Positions 1 through 9,682 of a stretch of DNA of 64,000 bases are shown here, piece after piece (the first letter of the stretch is position 1; each line of letters opens with the position of its first letter). Location: the IMG/VR virus record IMGVR_UViG_3300033074_001078; one strand, 5' to 3'. A program made the translations under genes and the position numbers. Origin of the DNA: an uncultured virus (IMG/VR IMGVR_UViG_3300033074_001078) (lineage: Duplodnaviria; Heunggongvirae; Uroviricota; Caudoviricetes). Under the pieces are notes generated by a model that saw only the letters and a list, made by a program, of their open reading frames with translations, did no database searches and was not told the origin of the DNA.

Positions 1-291
1 ATCAGCGCTCGCCTTCTGGAAGGCCGCTTGCATCGCGGCCCAAAATGCACGCCCCTTCGTCGTAAGCTCGCAAAGCACGCCGCCTTTCTCGATGCCGCGA
101 TCCGCAGCGAACGGCTCGTCAAGATCAGAGCGCTTCACTTTTCGCCACACGACCAGACCCGCCGCTTCGAGTGATTCAGTCTCTTCGTAGCCTATCGTGT
201 AGCCCTCATAAGCGAGGTCCATATAGCGGCGCATCGCGCCTGCTAGTTGCAATGTTTCCGTAACGCTCGGCTCAAGAACGGCGTTGCTCAT
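1..291 (-). CDS. hypothetical protein, truncated at window edge
   Basis: ATG at 291 opens a frame (MSNAVLEPSVTETLQLAGAMRRY...) that runs off position 1; read manually. Confidence 0.55.
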   Translation of the reverse strand, partial: MSNAVLEPSVTETLQLAGAMRRYMDLAYEGYTIGYEETESLEAAGLVVWRKVKRSDLDEPFAADRGIEKGGVLCELTTKGRAFWAAMQAAFQKASAD

Positions 292-373
292 GTGCGCTCT
301 ACCTTTGCAATCCAATAGCTCACCGCGACACCACGAACGGGCAGCGGCTCAGGGTAATCGTATGTGACGGCCG

Positions 374-898
374 TCATTGGTCTTCCTTCCTTCCTGCGGC
401 AAGACGTTGGCGTCCACGCGCCAGCGCTGCCCTTTGGGCTTCAGTCAGTTCACGCTTGGCGCGTGGTGCAGTGTACTTGACCCGGTTGAACTTGAAGTGC
501 GCGCGCAAGGCATCAGCATCGAGCCGACTCATAAACCTATGCACAAGGTCGAGGTAGATAGAGCACCACAACCAGCCATGCGGCTCAGGGTCAGGCAAGC
601 CCAAGCAGACCGCGCGCTGGCGATTGATGCAGTGCGCCACCTCGTGCAGCACCAGCCGCGTCACCGTGTTGGCTGGAAGGCGTATGCTGGCGAAACCAGC
701 GCGCGCCCAACGTGTGCCACCGAACTCCACCTTGATGGGAAACACCTTGTCGAGTTCCCACTTGCGGCGCGTTACTTTGCACTCCATCACCTCACGCACT
801 AGGGCTTCGCTGTCGGCTGGCGCTAGTGGCGCGGAGCGCAACCATGCACCCCGCTCCGCTGCATACACGCGTGAACGTTGAACGTCGCGTGGCATCAC
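374..898 (-). CDS. HExxH metallohydrolase (TIGR04338/SprT-like)
   Basis: N-terminal RDVQRSRVYAAE, LVLHEVAH zinc motif and downstream PHG. Confidence 0.7.
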   Translation of the reverse strand: MMPRDVQRSRVYAAERGAWLRSAPLAPADSEALVREVMECKVTRRKWELDKVFPIKVEFGGTRWARAGFASIRLPANTVTRLVLHEVAHCINRQRAVCLGLPDPEPHGWLWCSIYLDLVHRFMSRLDADALRAHFKFNRVKYTAPRAKRELTEAQRAALARGRQRLAAGRKEDQ

Positions 899-1410
899 AC
901 GATCCTTTCAAATGCGTTGAAGTTGATGGTGCTGGTCCAGCAGGCGGTATCAACGGTTCCAGTGGACATCATAACCGAAAAGGTTATCGCGTCACCGACC
1001 ACGTCAGCAATGATTTCGTAGTCATTGGCGTGGTCGCTGTAGATGAAGCCGGTGCCATCACACCCCGCATAAGCGGCTTCATCGGCCTTGCTAAAGGGCT
1101 TGAACTGCCCTTGGCGAAACAGCTCCATCACAAATGGCATGGCGACAGGGCATGTCAGCTCGACCTTCGGCGGGTTCACCAGCGTTTGCAGTATGACGCG
1201 GAACATGTCAACGCCTTTGCCTTGCGCCAGCACCTCACCGGTCTTGTCGTTGGTGAACTTGAAGCTTCCTGTCGCCGGCTCCAGCTTGCAAAAGATGTTG
1301 GCATCAGCCGTGGAAAAAACTTCCTCAGCCGCCGCCTCATCGCGGTAGCGTAGCAACATGCCAGCGTCTTCGAGCAGCCGCACCATCGTGTTCATTTCGA
1401 GCCTGTTCAT
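895..1410 (-). CDS. hypothetical protein
   Basis: ORF 895..1431; start MNRLEM at 1410 follows GGAGG; stop overlaps next start. Confidence 0.6.
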   Translation of the reverse strand: MNRLEMNTMVRLLEDAGMLLRYRDEAAAEEVFSTADANIFCKLEPATGSFKFTNDKTGEVLAQGKGVDMFRVILQTLVNPPKVELTCPVAMPFVMELFRQGQFKPFSKADEAAYAGCDGTGFIYSDHANDYEIIADVVGDAITFSVMMSTGTVDTACWTSTINFNAFERIV

Positions 1411-1421
1411 GTCACCCTCCC

Positions 1422-1766
1422 TTAAAAGCACGGATCATAGTACGGGTTGCGCGCGCCAATGGTCAGCGCCTCGCGGCTTCCCACGAGCCGGTAGGAGCCA
1501 TCCTTTCGCAGCGTGTACTTTCGTACCGCGCCTTCGGGGTTCGGCTCTGTTGCCCACTCCTGCGCTTCGCTAAACCCGTTCTTATCGGTGCGCCATTGCT
1601 TGTCGTCCTGCACCATCACAAAGCGCGCGTTCTTGCCGACTTCGATAATGGTGCCAGCGCTGCGATCCGTCCAGTGCAGGATGGTCACGCCCATGCCGAC
1701 CTCAGGTTTGCAGCCGCCAACGGACATCCAGTTGACAACGCTGCCAGTGTCGCGACCTAGTTTCAT
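1422..1766 (-). CDS. hypothetical phage protein
   Basis: 114-aa ORF with GGAGG RBS in a tightly packed minus-strand run. Confidence 0.65.
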   Translation of the reverse strand: MKLGRDTGSVVNWMSVGGCKPEVGMGVTILHWTDRSAGTIIEVGKNARFVMVQDDKQWRTDKNGFSEAQEWATEPNPEGAVRKYTLRKDGSYRLVGSREALTIGARNPYYDPCF

Positions 1767-1777
1767 GTCTTCCTCCC

Positions 1778-2017
1778 TTACAGTTTGCCAAGCAGAAACG
1801 AGCTGAGCATGACATCCATCATGCGCTTCTTCGTTACCGGCGCTTCAAAAGTGTAAACGGCGCGGCCGTCTTCGATGCGGTCGAACGTGTAGGTTTCAGC
1901 TTCGCTGATCAAATACACACGCTCATGTGGTTCGTCGAGGCTCCCGAGAAAGCGCGTGTTGCGTGCAACACCGGCTTTCACAAAGGTTGCGTCAAATTGC
2001 AGGTCACTCAGTTCCAT
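1778..2017 (-). CDS. hypothetical protein
   Basis: 79-aa ORF with GAGGG RBS. Confidence 0.55.
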   Translation of the reverse strand: MELSDLQFDATFVKAGVARNTRFLGSLDEPHERVYLISEAETYTFDRIEDGRAVYTFEAPVTKKRMMDVMLSSFLLGKL

Positions 2018-2029
2018 GGTGTTCCTCCC

Positions 2030-2299
2030 TCAAGCGTAATTGCTGCGGCCTTGGGCGGTAAACACCACCGTCAAGCCGTCGTCGTGGTTGTAAGGCGTTT
2101 CGATCTGGCCTTCATTGATCAGGCGGTCGAACTCGAATTGCACGTCCGTCCCCATGTAGCGCGCCAGCGTGGCGGCTTCGATGAACGTCACGCCTTGCGT
2201 GTTTGCACCGCGAAAGAGCTGGAGCACTTCAGCAGGCTTGAAGCCAATGCTGAACATCAGGCGGCGGAGCATCTTAGTTTCGTGGGACAGTGCTTGCAT
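2030..2299 (-). CDS. hypothetical early protein
   Basis: start MQALSHE at 2299 after GGAGGG, downstream of promoter P1. Confidence 0.6.
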   Translation of the reverse strand: MQALSHETKMLRRLMFSIGFKPAEVLQLFRGANTQGVTFIEAATLARYMGTDVQFEFDRLINEGQIETPYNHDDGLTVVFTAQGRSNYA

Positions 2300-2352
2300 G
2301 TGGAGCCCTCCGGGCTTGACCGGGGCGGCAACAGCGCCGCCCCAACGGAACC

Positions 2353-2381
2353 TTGATAGGCGCGTTCTGCGCCAATGTAAA
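2353..2381 (-). promoter_or_regulatory. sigma70-type early promoter P1
   Basis: TTTACA-17 nt-TATCAA; shares CTTTACATTGGCGCA with P2 and P3. Confidence 0.6.
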
Positions 2382-2384
2382 GCC

Positions 2385-3107
2385 CTATTTCTTGGCCTTG
2401 AAAATGCCTGCGGCGGTTGCCAGCGCAATGAACGCCTCAGCCTCTTCGACCGTGCATTCGCCGGTCCATGCCGTCAGCACTACGTTCAGCGGCTTGGCGG
2501 GGTTGGCGGTTGGCTTCAGCTCGAAGGTCGAGTAACTGCCATAGACCGAGTCGGTGTAGCTGGCAACGCCAAGGCGCTCGCGCAAATCAGCCGCCGCTTG
2601 CTTGGCGCTCTTGGCGCGGCTGTCGTGCTCAGCCTTGCGCGCCGCTTCATCGACGAACTCGCAGATTGCCTTCGCCGCCGCGTCATAGCCGTACTCGCCG
2701 TTCTGGCGTTGCGGGAAATGGCGCTTGCCGGTGCTGCTCACGGCGCGAATCACCAGCTTGCTCCGGCCGGTAGCGCGCCAGCGCCAGCCGTCCTTCTGCA
2801 TCACCTCTTCGATGTCAACGCTTACCATGTAAGCGCCAAAGGTTTTCCCGTCAACCAAGCCGCTCACTTCGAGCCGCGCCCAACCGCCGAGTTCGTTGGC
2901 GTTGCCGTGGTAGTTCACCGTCCGGCCCAAGCCGCGCACGGCTGCAATCAGCTTTTCAAAGATCGGGCTTGGCGTTTGCCACTTGGCGCGGTTTTCAGCG
3001 GCCTTGGCGTCGCGGGCGGCTTGGCGCTTGGCCTCTTCGGCGGCGCGCTCGTCTTGGGCGTCAACCTCGTCAATGGCGTTGGCCAGCATTTCGATGTCGG
3101 TGTGCAT
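2385..3107 (-). CDS. hypothetical early protein (coiled-coil N-terminus)
   Basis: start MHTDIEML at 3107 after AAGGAA. Confidence 0.65.
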   Translation of the reverse strand: MHTDIEMLANAIDEVDAQDERAAEEAKRQAARDAKAAENRAKWQTPSPIFEKLIAAVRGLGRTVNYHGNANELGGWARLEVSGLVDGKTFGAYMVSVDIEEVMQKDGWRWRATGRSKLVIRAVSSTGKRHFPQRQNGEYGYDAAAKAICEFVDEAARKAEHDSRAKSAKQAAADLRERLGVASYTDSVYGSYSTFELKPTANPAKPLNVVLTAWTGECTVEEAEAFIALATAAGIFKAKK

Positions 3108-3132
3108 GGTGTGTTCCTTCCAGGGTTTGGGT

Positions 3133-3423
3133 TTAGGCTTGGCGCGTGCGCGGCGTGTAGGTGCGCGGGTACGGCAAGCTCTTAAAGCCGGGGCTAACAT
3201 GAAACAGCGTGCCATCAGGGCGCACGGCGCGGCGCATCGGTGCGTTACCGCCGCTGCTGATCCAGATGATGCTGTCGCAGCCTTGCAACCCGTCGGTCTG
3301 GGTAACGCGCCAGCCCTTAGCCAACAGTTCAGCCAGCTTCACAAATTGCGCGTCCGTTGCAACGTGCAAGGCGGCTTCGGTAAGGGCTTCAGCTGAATAG
3401 CGGGTGACTTTGGTGCGTGACAT
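3133..3423 (-). CDS. hypothetical basic early protein
   Basis: start MSRTKV at 3423 after GGAGGG, downstream of P2. Confidence 0.6.
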   Translation of the reverse strand: MSRTKVTRYSAEALTEAALHVATDAQFVKLAELLAKGWRVTQTDGLQGCDSIIWISSGGNAPMRRAVRPDGTLFHVSPGFKSLPYPRTYTPRTRQA

Positions 3424-3469
3424 GTGGCCCTCCGGGCTTTGAACCGGGGCAACCGCCCCAACAGAACTT

Positions 3470-3497
3470 AGATTAGCATGGCTTGCGCCAATGTAAA
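3470..3497 (-). promoter_or_regulatory. sigma70-type early promoter P2
   Basis: TTTACA-16 nt-TAATCT. Confidence 0.6.
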
Positions 3498-3615
3498 GCC
3501 CCGGAACGAAGAAATTGTGCATAACTTGACCGGGGCGCTGCCAGCGCTGGCAAGCCCAAGGGGACCAGGGTTCCGGCCGGGGGTGCAAGCACCTTGACCG
3601 CCTGACTGCCGACCG

Positions 3616-3635
3616 CCCTGAGCGATCCTGGCGAG
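3616..3635 (-). repeat. dispersed 20-bp element, copy A
   Basis: CTCGCCAGGATCGCTCAGGG on the minus strand; exact copies at 25237, 38797 and 56543. Confidence 0.95.
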
Positions 3636-3639
3636 TCGC

Positions 3640-3673
3640 AAAAAGCCGCCCCGGTGTTTAGCCGGGGCGGCTT
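3640..3673 (-). terminator. rho-independent terminator
   Basis: AAGCCGCCCCGG/CCGGGGCGGCTT stem followed by a T-tract on the minus strand. Confidence 0.8.
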
Positions 3674-3700
3674 GCTGGCGGTTAGCTTTGTTTGGCCTAG

Positions 3701-4036
3701 TTAGGTCAGGCCGCGCCGCTTGGCTTCAGCGGCGATGCGCGCCAGGGCGTCGTCACCCCGTTTGTCGAAGGCGGCAAACTCAGCTTCGATCTCAGCCGCC
3801 CCGGCGTTGTTCTTCAAGCCGGTTTCGATGCGCTCAAGCTGCTCGGTCAGCTCTTTCATTTCACCGTCAACCCGTTGGGCTGCGTCGGCGCCAGCGGTTG
3901 CCAGCGTGCCAGCTTTCACAATCACGTTCAGCACCTTTTCGGCCAAGCCATCCTTGGGCAACAGCCCAAGGTCGCGTGCCATTTTCAGCACCGTGATTGC
4001 CTTGTCCGCTACCATCAGAATCATTGCGATGTTCAT
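3701..4036 (-). CDS. helical protein, possible lysis accessory
   Basis: 111-aa ORF, hydrophobic N-terminus, follows the lipoprotein gene. Confidence 0.55.
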   Translation of the reverse strand: MNIAMILMVADKAITVLKMARDLGLLPKDGLAEKVLNVIVKAGTLATAGADAAQRVDGEMKELTEQLERIETGLKNNAGAAEIEAEFAAFDKRGDDALARIAAEAKRRGLT

Positions 4037-4066
4037 GTTGATGTTCCTTGCGTTGTCGCGTTGGCG

Positions 4067-4609
4067 TTACGGCTGTTGTTGAACGACTGCGGTGAGCACC
4101 GTGCCAGCTGAGTTGAGTTCAGCGTTGGCTTCGTCAACCGTTGCCGGATCACCACGCGCGCCGACGATTGCACGTTGCAACGTCGCCAAGTCCGTCTTCA
4201 ACTGCGTAAGCACTTGCGTCAGGCGAAAGGCGCTTTGCGTTGCCGTGGCCAGAAGCGCCGTCTGCTCTTCAAGCCCTGCGTCGCGTGCTCGTTCGTAGGC
4301 GACGCGCGCGCGGCGGTATTCGAGCGCCGTGGTGCGCGCCAAGTCAGCGGACGATTTCGCAATGGGCGCAGCGCGTGCAATGGCCAGCACCACGCGGTCA
4401 GGCGTCTCGGGATTCTCCGCGAGTGTAGCTGCTTCTTCGAGCGCGATAGTGATCAGCCCGTATGCCGCCAGAACGTGCGTGTCTGGTTGTGTAGCCACTG
4501 CAAACGGATTGGACACTTCGGCGTCGAGACCGAATGTTTGACGCACCATGCCGCAACCGCCAAGCGATAGCGATACCGCAAGCGCAACAGCGATAAACAG
4601 TTTCTTCAT
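4067..4609 (-). CDS. lipoprotein, possible spanin component
   Basis: MKKLFIAVALAVSLSLGGC signal II/lipobox, then an Ala-rich helical body. Confidence 0.6.
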   Translation of the reverse strand: MKKLFIAVALAVSLSLGGCGMVRQTFGLDAEVSNPFAVATQPDTHVLAAYGLITIALEEAATLAENPETPDRVVLAIARAAPIAKSSADLARTTALEYRRARVAYERARDAGLEEQTALLATATQSAFRLTQVLTQLKTDLATLQRAIVGARGDPATVDEANAELNSAGTVLTAVVQQQP

Positions 4610-4668
4610 TCCAGTTCCTCCTATAGGAGCCAGCTCTGTAGCATGAAAGGCTTCTAGCGCCAATGCTT

Positions 4669-4917
4669 TCAGGGCTTGGACCAGACCCGTTTAAGCTGAG
4701 CCTTCATGTCTTTTCGCTTAATGCTAGAAGCGACACTACCAATAAGGAACCACACTAGCCAGAACGGAAAACCCAAAGCGAACAACAGCATCGAAACGCC
4801 GAGGCGCTTTGCGGCTGGCCACTTCGGGTCCACTACGCTGGTGATGACGAACAGCGTGAACACCAGCCCGATGATGACGTAGGTTGCGACCCAGAGCCAG
4901 ACAGCAAGCGCGCACAT
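4669..4917 (-). CDS. small membrane protein (2 TM)
   Basis: two hydrophobic segments and a basic C-terminus. Confidence 0.55.
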   Translation of the reverse strand: MCALAVWLWVATYVIIGLVFTLFVITSVVDPKWPAAKRLGVSMLLFALGFPFWLVWFLIGSVASSIKRKDMKAQLKRVWSKP

Positions 4918-5267
4918 TATATGATCCGCTTTCTAATGGCATACGCCGCTGAAAGTTCAAGCATGTAGGTACGACCGGCTTCGGCATCGTCCTCATCGAC
5001 CTTCATGCCATCCAAGGTCAAGTCAGTCTTGTCCTTGTCGAACCACACCGCATCATCTTCGTCACCGGTCGGGCTGAGCAGCCAACCCGTTTCGGTTTGA
5101 GCGAACAGTATGACTTCAATTTCAACCCGTTGTCCTGGTGACATGTTGCCGAGCCTCCTTGTGAAAAGCATACGCCGCAGCGCATACCAAGAACCAACGC
5201 CGCTGAAGATGAACAGCGACACGACGAATGCGTTGTAAAGGGCTTCAGCGCCTAACCATTCAGGCAT
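4917..5267 (-). CDS. hypothetical protein with N-terminal TM
   Basis: 116-aa ORF with GGAG RBS. Confidence 0.55.
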   Translation of the reverse strand: MPEWLGAEALYNAFVVSLFIFSGVGSWYALRRMLFTRRLGNMSPGQRVEIEVILFAQTETGWLLSPTGDEDDAVWFDKDKTDLTLDGMKVDEDDAEAGRTYMLELSAAYAIRKRII

Positions 5268-5276
5268 GACTCGCTC

Positions 5277-5708
5277 CTAAGGACGCTGCAACGGTTCATG
5301 GTCGTACGGTCCTAGCAGTTCAGCAATGGAATCCAAGTGACTGTAGAGCCACGTCCCACGCTCAGCAAACGTGCTTTGAACCGTACCTTCAAAGCCCAAG
5401 CTGTTGACCAGATCGGCGAACGGTCCACCGTGACCATGCTCCAAGCCAACCGTGACATGACAGAGCTCGTGAAGCAAGTCGGCAAGGATTTCGACAGGCT
5501 GGTGCTGCGTCGGGCAGATGAAGATGTGCCACGAGCCATCGCTGGCCAGTTCATGTGAAATGGTTTCGGCCGTCCAGCGTGGATCGGTGGGAAAGCCAAC
5601 CGACACGCGCACGCGGCGCTCCTCGCGCTTGAACTTCCCTTGGGCTTCAATGAGAACCCAAAGGTGCTCGACTGCCTCTTGCAGCCATTGCTCGCGCGTG
5701 ATTTGCAT
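5277..5708 (-). CDS. SprT-like HExxH metalloprotease domain protein
   Basis: TREQWL N-terminus and LLHELCH...GHGGPF. Confidence 0.7.
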   Translation of the reverse strand: MQITREQWLQEAVEHLWVLIEAQGKFKREERRVRVSVGFPTDPRWTAETISHELASDGSWHIFICPTQHQPVEILADLLHELCHVTVGLEHGHGGPFADLVNSLGFEGTVQSTFAERGTWLYSHLDSIAELLGPYDHEPLQRP

Positions 5709-8152
5709 TAGAACGCCTCTTCGAGTGGAACTTGTGGTGCTGTCTTTTGTAGATCGAGCTCGGCTTCATCAAGCCTCCAGTTACTTGCGCCAATGGTCTT
5801 GTTGAAGAACTCGCGGCAAGCGTTGAGCTCTGGAAACACATAGCCGCGCTTCACTACGCTCTTTGACTCGGCGAAACCGTGTTCGCTGGTGTACTCGATC
5901 TTCACGCGCCGCCGCTCTATGGTCAGGTCAGGCGTTATCTTGCTCATGAACATGCCTAGCCGCGTGCGGTTGCCGCGCCGCGCGATGTTGAAGTTCCGCG
6001 CATACTCCACAAAGTCAGCTTCAAGCGCATCAATGGCCACGAACTTTTCCCACTCACCTGAGCGGCGCGTTTGGCAACCCTCGGTCAAGCGGCTCATCCA
6101 CCACTCTTCGATCGGGTCAAGCGTGAACGTGCGTTGGCCAGCAAGCGCCTCGGTCCTCGGGAACTTACGCACGCTGAAGGCGCTGATGTCATGCTCAAGC
6201 AGCATGTCGAGCAGGGCTTCGCGTCCGCCGTTGTTCATTTCAGCTTGCAGCGCGGCGAAGTAAGTTTCGTTCTGTTGCTGCGAATCAGCCACGTCACACA
6301 CCACAAAGCGCCGTTCAGCTGGACCGGCCGGAATGACCCAATCGCTATTCGACGCCATGATGAGGTGAACGTAGTTAGGGCCAACCTCAACGTCAATGCC
6401 CTTGGCTTCGATCTGCATGGTTTCTTCAGTCACCAGCGTTTTGAGCAGCGACTCGTGCGACTTGTCACCGGCGAAGAACGCTTCATCGGCGAACAGCATA
6501 ACACAATCGCGCAAGTGAGCGTTGAAGTTACCAAGGAAGTGACGGACGTTGGTGACCTGCATACCGTGTCGCCCAAAGAGGGCTAGGAAGTTCTTGGCGA
6601 ACACGCCCTTACCAGTGCCTTGACCGCCGCGCAGAACCAGGGCGGTCTGTCCCGTGTAGCCGGGGAACTGCACCGCCCGCGCCATCCAGTTGACGACGTA
6701 GGTATAGAGCTCGTCGTTTCCGTTGCAGATGTTCTTGCGAATGTGCTCAAGGTAGAGGGAGCAGTTTCCTTTGCGCGGTTCAACAGCAAATCCCTTCCAC
6801 AAGTTATAGACGCCATCTTGCTCGCGCCCCGGTGTGAAGTCGATATGGTGATACGTGCGCCGCTGCGGGTGATTGAGCCACCACTCACCAAGCGTTGTGA
6901 TCTTGTCCTTGCCGTCCGGCATTTTGATCACAACCTTTTGGTTCATGTGGCGGTTGCGAAAGTCCTCAAACGACTGGCGCACCAGCACCGAACGACAGAT
7001 CGTGCCGCTGTCCGTTTCGTAGCGCTCGTCCCATTCCTCGGCGACCTTGCACTTGGGCGACTCGATGATAGCGAACTGGTCGTTCATAAACTTTAAGCGC
7101 GGGTCGATTGCATCTTCACCAGCCTGCGCGATCTGCCTCTTGGCGTAGCGGTCCATCATGCGGCCTTTGTCACGCACGCTTTCGCTCACATGCCATTGAG
7201 GATCGGTGATGATGCCGTAGATGAGGTCATCAGGAACACCAGCACGCTTGAGACCGCACACGCAATCGAAGAGCCAACCGCTGCGGCTGTCATCGCCGGT
7301 CTTCGGCCCTTCGATGTCACGCAGATGCCCTTGAGCGATGATGACCTTGATGCGGTCTGGAACCTTCCACTCGTCCAGCTCAGCTAGGTCGTTCAAGCGT
7401 GGTACGTTGCCGCTGATCTTAACCGTGCGGTCGTTACTGGTGCTGCGTGAGTCTTCCTGCTTCTTAAGCGGCATGGTCGGCTTGAACTGCGTCAGCTCAA
7501 CCACCGCTGCGGCGTTGTGCTCAGTCAGCGTTGCCCAAGTAGGGACGCGACCCTTGGCCTTCTTCTTCTTGTTCGGAATGTTCAGCGTTCCAGGCAAGCG
7601 CATGATGCGGTCAGCGTTGTGGCAATGGTCACCGCCTAGCTTGTGTTCGATGCCCCGATTGTAGCACTCGAAGTCTTCAATGCGCTCGATGTTGCCTTTC
7701 ACCTCGATAGGCTCGATCAGCTTCCAAAACGCCTGATAACCACCGCCGCTGAACGTGACGAACGTTGGCTGCGGCAACCACTCCGGCCGCTTGTCTGTGA
7801 GTAAGTGCAGCGCGCGCTCCTGCTCCTCTGCAATGTCTTCACCAGCACGCGGGTCAACGTCAACGTGTAGATAGTGAATGGTGTGAACGTCTTCCTTCGC
7901 GGCCTTGCTTTCCAGCTTGCCGCCTGGAGTGTTCACCATGAAGTAAAGGTTCGTCTTGCCGTTGCGATCAGCAATCCACGTCAGCATATCGTTGAACGTG
8001 TCAGGGTAGAATGTCGCGGTGAACGTGCGCTGCTTATCGACTGGAATCTCGGTGAGCACCCAAGGGCCGTTCGGGTGAAACGCTTTTAGGAACTTCGCCG
8101 CCGCTCCTGTTCCGTCCAACACCCTTTGCTCTTGCTCGAAGTCCCTGCTCAT
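5708..8152 (-). CDS. primase-helicase (RepB-like primase plus SF3/DUF5906-type NTPase)
   Basis: HVDVD, FSGGGYQAFW and RIMRLPGT primase motifs; Walker A GGQGTGKG, Walker B FADE, ASN motif C. Confidence 0.88.
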   Translation of the reverse strand: MSRDFEQEQRVLDGTGAAAKFLKAFHPNGPWVLTEIPVDKQRTFTATFYPDTFNDMLTWIADRNGKTNLYFMVNTPGGKLESKAAKEDVHTIHYLHVDVDPRAGEDIAEEQERALHLLTDKRPEWLPQPTFVTFSGGGYQAFWKLIEPIEVKGNIERIEDFECYNRGIEHKLGGDHCHNADRIMRLPGTLNIPNKKKKAKGRVPTWATLTEHNAAAVVELTQFKPTMPLKKQEDSRSTSNDRTVKISGNVPRLNDLAELDEWKVPDRIKVIIAQGHLRDIEGPKTGDDSRSGWLFDCVCGLKRAGVPDDLIYGIITDPQWHVSESVRDKGRMMDRYAKRQIAQAGEDAIDPRLKFMNDQFAIIESPKCKVAEEWDERYETDSGTICRSVLVRQSFEDFRNRHMNQKVVIKMPDGKDKITTLGEWWLNHPQRRTYHHIDFTPGREQDGVYNLWKGFAVEPRKGNCSLYLEHIRKNICNGNDELYTYVVNWMARAVQFPGYTGQTALVLRGGQGTGKGVFAKNFLALFGRHGMQVTNVRHFLGNFNAHLRDCVMLFADEAFFAGDKSHESLLKTLVTEETMQIEAKGIDVEVGPNYVHLIMASNSDWVIPAGPAERRFVVCDVADSQQQNETYFAALQAEMNNGGREALLDMLLEHDISAFSVRKFPRTEALAGQRTFTLDPIEEWWMSRLTEGCQTRRSGEWEKFVAIDALEADFVEYARNFNIARRGNRTRLGMFMSKITPDLTIERRRVKIEYTSEHGFAESKSVVKRGYVFPELNACREFFNKTIGASNWRLDEAELDLQKTAPQVPLEEAF

Positions 8153-8171
8153 CTTCCCCGGCCTTTTGTTA

Positions 8172-8516
8172 TTAGAGCTTCCAGTGCTTCAGCAACACCG
8201 GCGAGATCAGTCTGTTCGTTTCGGTTTGCCAAACGTGCAGGCGGAGGATGCCCACCTGTTGCGCGAGCTCAGCTTGGGTAAGGTTAGCTCGCCACCGCAG
8301 CAAGAAGCAACGCTCGCCAACCGTCAGCGTTCTAAAAGTTATCCGCTCGTAAGGTGCGGGAATATCCACTTCGCATTCCCGCTCGCTGCGCTCTTGCCGC
8401 GCATAATCATCGCGACGCATTCTAAGCTTCGATGCCATCTTGCGCTGCGAAAGCCCAAGTGAGCGCCGCCAAAGCACCAGCCGTTCATGGTCCGCGATGC
8501 GCTGTTCATGCATCAT
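8172..8516 (-). CDS. tandem XRE-type HTH protein
   Basis: two HTH-like segments (LSQRKMA..., LTQAELAQQVG...). Confidence 0.65.
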   Translation of the reverse strand: MMHEQRIADHERLVLWRRSLGLSQRKMASKLRMRRDDYARQERSERECEVDIPAPYERITFRTLTVGERCFLLRWRANLTQAELAQQVGILRLHVWQTETNRLISPVLLKHWKL

Positions 8517-8925
8517 TGCTCATTCTCCTGTATGTCGTCAACACTAGTTTCAATTCTTTCCAGTCCATCTTCGGTTTCCACGCTTTCAACGCGAGGTCCC
8601 TCAATTCTTGCTGGTTCAACAGGTTCAGGTCTTCCACGTCCTTCCCGCGAAATAACAGGTAGTCGCTTGCTATTCGAGCGAGCAGCCAGACGTTTCCACC
8701 TCGAAGCCATCTACGTTTGATCCATACCTTTTGCGACGGTGACAGCCGGTGGAACTTCACCGGCGTTGCGGCTTGCTTAGGCCATTCCCTTAGGAACTTG
8801 AGTTCGACCATGCCTTCAATGAAGTTGACATCCGGCGTGCCAGCGCCTACCACGTTCTCAATTGGACGCGCGTCAATCGACGCCATCTTCTTGCAGAACG
8901 TTGAGCGGAAGCTGCTTTCAGACAA
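8506..8925 (-). CDS. VRR-NUC/Holliday-junction-resolvase-like PD-(D/E)xK nuclease
   Basis: MSESSF...GTPD...VELK...LSPSQKVW. Confidence 0.75.
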   Translation of the reverse strand: MSESSFRSTFCKKMASIDARPIENVVGAGTPDVNFIEGMVELKFLREWPKQAATPVKFHRLSPSQKVWIKRRWLRGGNVWLLARIASDYLLFRGKDVEDLNLLNQQELRDLALKAWKPKMDWKELKLVLTTYRRMSNDA

Positions 8926-9358
8926 CGGTGAGCCTCACACCGGCTTCTTCGTAAGCGCGCAACGTGTAAAGCCACACGTCGCCGCGCGAAGCCATGCGCT
9001 CAATCTGTTCTTCGGTTGGCCTTGGGCAATAGACATGAGCGATGCCAGCCTGGATGATGAAGGCGGCGCACTGGTTGCACGTTGGATAGGTTGATATGAG
9101 TGTGCAGCCGCGCACCGACGTCGTCGCGTTTAGGATTGCGTTCTTTTCGGCGTGAACGGTTAGTGCCAGTTTCAACTCACGGTCTTCAAGCCCTTCATCG
9201 CGTATGCCACGCGGGAACCCGTTGAAGCCTAAGCCGACCACTTGCTTTAGGTCATTGATGATGACCGCCCCAACCTTAGTTGAAGGGTCTTTCGACCACT
9301 CGCTGACGTTCTGCGCCAAGCTGAAGAAGCGTTCCAGCCAATTGAGGTTGAGGTCCAT
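8918..9358 (-). CDS. dcd: dCMP deaminase
   Basis: SKDPSTKVGAVI, HAEKNA and PTCNQC zinc motifs. Confidence 0.92.
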   Translation of the reverse strand: MDLNLNWLERFFSLAQNVSEWSKDPSTKVGAVIINDLKQVVGLGFNGFPRGIRDEGLEDRELKLALTVHAEKNAILNATTSVRGCTLISTYPTCNQCAAFIIQAGIAHVYCPRPTEEQIERMASRGDVWLYTLRAYEEAGVRLTVV

Positions 9359-9361
9359 CAG

Positions 9362-9682
9362 TCATTCCTTCCAGTGAATGCTTTTCTTGCGGTTATTGAT
9401 TGCCACCTGTTTCGCGTCGGTTGGAAAGAACTTAGGTGACACTCGCTTTGCCGTGACGCGAATTGCTACATAATGGATTGAGCCATCTGGCGCGCGTTGC
9501 TGGAAGAGCAACACCAGCTTTTCAACGGAGGATTCATACACGGTTGCCATCAACCGCTCTGGTGCTGGCGCTAGTGAATCTTGCAACGACCATACACGAT
9601 AGACGATGCGGTCGCCTTCTTTGGCGTTGGTTAGCCAACGCTGATAGGCGTCGATGAGCGACTGTTGTTCCGCTGGCCTCAC
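9362..9682 (-). CDS. hypothetical protein
   Basis: 106-aa ORF with GTGA overlap with the polA stop. Confidence 0.6.
   Translation of the reverse strand: MRPAEQQSLIDAYQRWLTNAKEGDRIVYRVWSLQDSLAPAPERLMATVYESSVEKLVLLFQQRAPDGSIHYVAIRVTAKRVSPKFFPTDAKQVAINNRKKSIHWKE

Noticed and set aside
8172..8516. lysogeny repressor / prophage status
   Set aside because: the HTH gene sits inside the replication operon; no integrase, att site or host genes seen
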